From assembly GCA_024233785.1 (NCBI GenBank), contig JACKPD010000013.1, positions 665 through 64,664 of the forward strand: a stretch of DNA of 64,000 nucleotides. Direction: 5' to 3'. Both the position numbers and the translations under genes were made by a program. A model generated the notes under the pieces. That model was not told where the DNA came from and ran no database searches. It was given only the letters and a program-made list of their open reading frames with translations. Below are positions 61,457 to 64,000 of the stretch, one piece after another (the stretch's first letter is position 1; each line of letters starts with the position of its first letter). The DNA comes from Spirochaetales bacterium (GTDB lineage: Bacteria; Spirochaetota; Spirochaetia; CADAEX01).

Positions 61457-62836
61457 ATGGAAGCGAAAGAAATGGTAGCTGCTCTGATAAAAAGAGCAAG
61501 AGCAGCGCAGAAAATAGCGGACGGATACAGCCAGGAGAAGGTTGACGAACTTGTAAAGGCGATATCCTGGGCTATAGTAAAGAAGGAAAACTCGGAAAAA
61601 ATAGCGCGCCTTGCGGTGGATGAATCGCAGCTGGGACACTATGAAGGAAAATACGGAAAGCTGCAGAAAAAAATCCGGGGTGTTGTGCGTGATGTGGCCG
61701 GGGTAAAATCTGTAGGGATTATTGAACGGGATGAGAAAAAAGGGCTCCTTAAAATTGCGAAGCCTGTAGGCGTGATAGGGGCGCTTGTCCCATGCACAAA
61801 CCCTGAGGCGACCCCGGTAATCAAGGCAATAAACTCAGTCAAGGGAAGGAACGCGATAATCTTCGCGCCGCATCCGAGAACAAAGAAAACCAATACGCTT
61901 ATTATGAACATTATGAGGGACGCGCTTAAAAGACACGGAGCGCCGGAAGACCTTATAATCGGGATTGAAGAGCCTTCGATGGACGCAAGCGGAGAGCTGA
62001 TGGCCCAGTGCGACCTTGTTGTCGCAACAGGCGGTGCGGGGATGGTAAAAGCTGCATATTCTTCCGGTACTCCCGCATACGGGGTCGGGGCCGGAAACGT
62101 TGTAGTCGTGGTTGATGAGACAGCGGACTTTAAAGACAGCGCAAAGAAGATAATGCTGAGCAAGACATTTGATCTTGCTACCAGCTGCAGCGCTGACAAT
62201 AACATCGTTCTTGTCGATTCGGTTTACTCAAAAATGCTTGATGAGCTTAAGGCAGTTGGCGGCTACATGTGCTCTGCCGACGAGAAGGCGAAGCTTCAGA
62301 AGGCAGTCTTTCCTGATAATCATCTCGGGAGGGACCATGTCGCTCAGACTGCGCAGAAGATAGCTTCCCTTGCCGGGTTTAAAATTCCTGAAAGTGTAAC
62401 CTTCCTGCTTGTTGAGGAGGAAGGCGTCGGGCCTGCCCATCCGTTCAGCGGAGAGAAGATGAGCGTAATCGCGGCTGTCCACAAAGTGAAGGATTTTAAA
62501 GATGCGATTGACAAGGTAAACGAGATAACATCCTATCAGGGAGCCGGGCACTCCTGCGGACTTTACTCAACTGATATGAAGAGGATAGAAGAATACGGGC
62601 TTAAAACAAAGACAAGCCGCGTAATGATAAGGCAGCCTCAGGTGTTCGGAAACAGCGGAAACTGGGACAACGGTCTTCCCTTTACCCTTACCCTCGGGTG
62701 CGGGACATGGGGAGGCAACATCTCAAGTGAAAACATTACCTGGAAGCATTTTATCAACATTACATGGCTTTCGATGCCGATCCCTGAGGTAATTCCCAAA
62801 GATGAGGACCTTTTCGGCGATATAATGAAGGAATAG
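61457..62836 (+). CDS. CoA-acylating aldehyde dehydrogenase (SucD/EutE/PduP-like)
   Basis: 459 aa. The N-terminal AQ..A..YSQE.VDELV pattern, lack of the long ALDH N-terminal arm and a catalytic-Cys context (ATSCSADNN) resemble acylating aldehyde dehydrogenases. Confidence 0.7.
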   Translation: MEAKEMVAALIKRARAAQKIADGYSQEKVDELVKAISWAIVKKENSEKIARLAVDESQLGHYEGKYGKLQKKIRGVVRDVAGVKSVGIIERDEKKGLLKIAKPVGVIGALVPCTNPEATPVIKAINSVKGRNAIIFAPHPRTKKTNTLIMNIMRDALKRHGAPEDLIIGIEEPSMDASGELMAQCDLVVATGGAGMVKAAYSSGTPAYGVGAGNVVVVVDETADFKDSAKKIMLSKTFDLATSCSADNNIVLVDSVYSKMLDELKAVGGYMCSADEKAKLQKAVFPDNHLGRDHVAQTAQKIASLAGFKIPESVTFLLVEEEGVGPAHPFSGEKMSVIAAVHKVKDFKDAIDKVNEITSYQGAGHSCGLYSTDMKRIEEYGLKTKTSRVMIRQPQVFGNSGNWDNGLPFTLTLGCGTWGGNISSENITWKHFINITWLSMPIPEVIPKDEDLFGDIMKE

Positions 62837-62951
62837 TCTTTTCCAAAAAAATAATAAGATATCAAAGCTGCCTCTTTCCCGGGGGCAGCTTTTTTTGATA
62901 CTATCCGGAAATATATAATTGCGTTTTTATTTTTATCTGTCAGGAGAAACA

Positions 62952-63395
62952 ATGAAATACTTATTAATTCTTGCGGCGTTTATTGCCGGTACTTCAATGC
63001 CGCTCCAGAGCGCGGTCAATTCCAGATTAAGCCAGTATCTTCACGGGCCGCTTTATTCCGCCTTTATCTCTTTTGCCGGAGGCCTTATCCTGCTGGCTTT
63101 TCTGATAATTGCATCAGGGTCCGGTCTTCCCCCTTTAAGCAGTTTCTCCGGCATAAAGTGGTATTATTATACCGGGGGAATATACGGTGTAATGGTTATT
63201 ACATCCATAATTTTCGCGGCGCCTGTTATTGGAATCGGAAGCACTCTGGTTATGATTGTAACTGGCCAGCTTTTAATGTCTGTTGTTTTTGACTATTTCG
63301 GGTTTTTCGGTATGCCGGTCATAGCATTGAGCCCTGCAAGGATTGCAGGAGTGGTACTTATTATCGCGGGAGTTGCTCTTGTTCAGACAAGGTGA
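62952..63395 (+). CDS. DUF606/YdcZ-like DMT-superfamily membrane protein
   Basis: 147 aa with 5 TM helices. MPLQSAVNSRL motif. Start at ATG 62952 after AGGAGA. Confidence 0.7.
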   Translation: MKYLLILAAFIAGTSMPLQSAVNSRLSQYLHGPLYSAFISFAGGLILLAFLIIASGSGLPPLSSFSGIKWYYYTGGIYGVMVITSIIFAAPVIGIGSTLVMIVTGQLLMSVVFDYFGFFGMPVIALSPARIAGVVLIIAGVALVQTR

Positions 63396-64000
63396 TTCCG
63401 TAAAGAAAGGATTCAAATTCGCGCTTCTTTTACCCCTGCTGTTTTTGAGCGGCTTTTCCCTGCCTGTTTCACTTTACGCAGACGGGGGAGTTGTTATCGA
63501 TTATTACGGTGAAACCGGGTGCAGCCACTGCGATACCTTTATTGAAAAAACAGTCCCTCAGCTTGAAAAAGATTATGGACTTTCTATCAGCGTGAATTCT
63601 TTTGATATCCTTGACCCTGATATATATGAGGAATGCGAAAGAATTCTATCAGAGAAGGGGTATGATTTTATTTATTTCCCGGTTGTCATAATAGGAAACA
63701 ATGTGTATCAGGGGGAAACAGAGATAAAAACATATCTCGGCATGGAGCTTGACTACTTCAGGATGAACTCTGAATATCAGCCCCGGAAACCTGTGCCTTC
63801 CGGCGGGGGAGATATTAAAAACAGCCCCCTTTCTTCTGCAGGTATATTAAAATCGGCATCCGTGGTTTTTACAGCAGGACTTGCTGACGGAATAAACCCC
63901 TGCGCCTTTACAGTTTTGCTTTTCTTCTTTTCATACCTTACTTTAAGAAAAAAGCTTTATTCCGACTTTCTCAAGGCGGGTGCTGTTTTTATATTTGCGG
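63379..64000 (+). CDS. Thioredoxin-like (CxxC) domain fused to a CcdA/DsbD-type membrane domain, 5' part (runs off the right edge)
   Basis: Manual translation gives ...KKGFKFALLLPLLFLSGFSLPVSLYADGGVVIDYYGETGCSHCDTFIEK...GLADGINPCAFTVLLFFFSYL. The frame is open to position 64000 and is absent from the track because there is no stop. The start is uncertain (TTG 63379 or 63373). Confidence 0.6.
   Translation, partial: MFRQGDSVKKGFKFALLLPLLFLSGFSLPVSLYADGGVVIDYYGETGCSHCDTFIEKTVPQLEKDYGLSISVNSFDILDPDIYEECERILSEKGYDFIYFPVVIIGNNVYQGETEIKTYLGMELDYFRMNSEYQPRKPVPSGGGDIKNSPLSSAGILKSASVVFTAGLADGINPCAFTVLLFFFSYLTLRKKLYSDFLKAGAVFIFA

Overview
This 64 kb chromosomal window comes from a moderate-GC diderm bacterium. 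A 599-aa ParE, a 645-aa ParC, gatCAB-aspS and TolC/RND are compatible with Spirochaetota, but I cannot confirm the taxon. Host genes strongly prefer AGG/AGA (Arg), ATA (Ile) and CTT (Leu). Most of the window is ordinary housekeeping or metabolic sequence: a LysR regulator, a DHH phosphoesterase, a TctCBA tricarboxylate transporter, parE-parC, a VapBC toxin-antitoxin pair, RidA/DUF1015/AsnC, gatCAB-aspS, a TolC-RND efflux pair, the pyruvate dehydrogenase complex aceE-aceF-lpd, an ADP-forming acyl-CoA synthetase, and a LacI-controlled myo-inositol cluster (iolB-D-E-G plus a CoA-acylating aldehyde dehydrogenase). The accessory part is a roughly 12 kb island (about 37645-49514) between lpd and an SDR gene. 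It holds a complete Type I restriction-modification system (half-size hsdS, hsdM, full hsdS, hsdR) with six extra genes threaded into the operon, almost all joined by overlapping or near-abutting start/stop codons. DinD and an ORF6N protein with a PLD-like C-terminus lie between hsdM and hsdS. A DUF2188 / DUF3644 / AlbA_2(Schlafen-like)-HATPase_c_4 trio lies between hsdS and hsdR, and a DUF45 metalloprotease follows hsdR. The DUF3644 protein carries an R-x4-H (HEPN-like) motif. The trio occupies the same position as the PrrC anticodon nuclease in the E. coli prr locus, so it is my best candidate for an undescribed RM-coupled defence module. The hsdM 3' end plus start-codon junction occurs three times in the island. 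Two of those copies are 31- and 33-codon mini-ORFs that keep an unbroken translational-coupling chain, which is a visible record of how the island was assembled. A second notable event is a perfect 116-bp duplication of the lysR 3' end that brackets a DUF4160(nonsense)/DUF2442 two-gene insert. I saw no rRNA, tRNA, CRISPR array, transposase or integrase.
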